Source of the DNA: Squalus acanthias | Taxonomy: Eukaryota | Assembly: GCA_030390025.1 (NCBI GenBank) | Contig: CM059438.1 | Span: forward strand, 62,374,001-62,438,000 | Length of the DNA: 64,000 nucleotides | Direction: 5' to 3' | Part shown: positions 62,934-64,000 of the stretch, one piece after another | Position numbering within the stretch: the stretch's first letter is position 1 | How the letters are laid out: each line of letters starts with the position of its first letter | Notes under the pieces: generated by a model | Databases searched by the model: none | Seen by the model: only the letters and a program-made list of their open reading frames with translations | Told to the model about the DNA's origin: nothing | Translations under genes and position numbers: made by a program

Positions 62934-64000
62934 CAATAGCTTCAAGAAATTGACTCCACCAGAGTGTTAATCTTATGTTCTATATTCCAACTTTTCCCCT
63001 CCTGTCCTGAAGATTGTTGTATTGTTCCATGGATTTTCTCTGGTACCTCACTCAGGTAGCCATTCTTCAGGTGTGAGCCTTGACTGTGGTTGTTTTTAGG
63101 CTATTCCACCGTGATAGTATCTGGGCCAATTCCAGTCCTGACATCACTGAACATCCACGCATGGCAATCATTAGCTGAAGTCTTGGCTAATTCATTATTT
63201 TATCCCTCTCTTCCCCTGTCCCCCTCCCCCATGGCCAAGGGACACAGGGGGGCGAGGAGTCAATTATAATATCCCAGCTGCAGCCCCCCTGAGATAGGCT
63301 AACCCCGCACAGACCAGCAAATGAACCTGGGACATTTTGGGGAACTTCATTTCTTTTTTCTAAGAAATCGTTCTTGTTTGTCTAACCCTATAAAGGCACA
63401 TGCCAAGTTGCTTTTATATTGCTTTTGTGAGGTCCTAGTGCCGCTTGTGTCTTGTGCTGCAGTGCAACACCAAAGTAAACTTGCTGGATCCGTTAAATCT
63501 GCTGGCAAGAAAGACTTGGTGGGTGTGTGGGGGGGGGTGTGGTGATAGAAATTTCCCAACAAGCATGTCTGTTAAGATATTGCTGCCGGTAATTTATTTT
63601 TATTTATAAACTGAAGAGATATCATTAAAAATTAAAACCCTTCCGGAACCTATTTTTTTTTTTTATTTCTCAGCTGGATAATGGAAGGTGTATTGTGCAT
63701 CATTCAATGCCTTTTCATCACATCGCAAAAACCGCTCTCTCCTCTACCAGACATCACAGCATGTTCCATTTTCCAAGCTATAGAGACTCGGGCTATTCCG
63801 TGATGTTAAGGCTATGACCTTTTCAAAGAACAGCAGCATATAGCGTAGGAGGAAAGAACTGACTGAGCCTCCATTTATTCTTTGTTCTGAATCGCACCTA
63901 AGGGAACATTAGAGCAGACAGGGGTTGAAGTGGAGGGGGTGCGTTTGATGCACTGACTGGAATACATTCTGTATCACGCCAGTGATTCAGCTGTAGTTGG

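Overview
This is eukaryotic, repeat-dense, apparently intronic or intergenic DNA. The repeat complement (HE1/V-SINE, Deu-domain SINE, abundant CR1 and L2 LINEs, Penelope-like elements) points to a cartilaginous fish such as a shark; that is inference, not a database result. I could not identify a host protein-coding exon. The one long open gene is a hAT transposase (BED finger + DDE) in a complete 2,528-bp element with TIRs and a perfect 8-bp TSD (54036-56563). The rest is nested TEs: CR1, L2 and a second CR1-like LINE family; several SINE families, including LF-SINE-like and AmnSINE2-like copies; PIF/Harbinger-type non-autonomous elements, two carrying decayed Myb/SANT genes; Penelope-like elements (PLEs) with minimal hammerhead-ribozyme motifs; and a 2.3-kb C-rich minisatellite. 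The most unusual structures are: (1) a PLE-in-PLE insertion whose inverted termini enclose an inverted 116-bp copy of adjacent DNA; (2) dispersed minimal hammerheads with a covarying helix; (3) a MITE with an internal ~90-bp hairpin; (4) a CR1 whose two halves appear in permuted order 12 kb apart. Boundaries of old repeats are approximate. Family names rest on recalled consensus motifs, not on searches.
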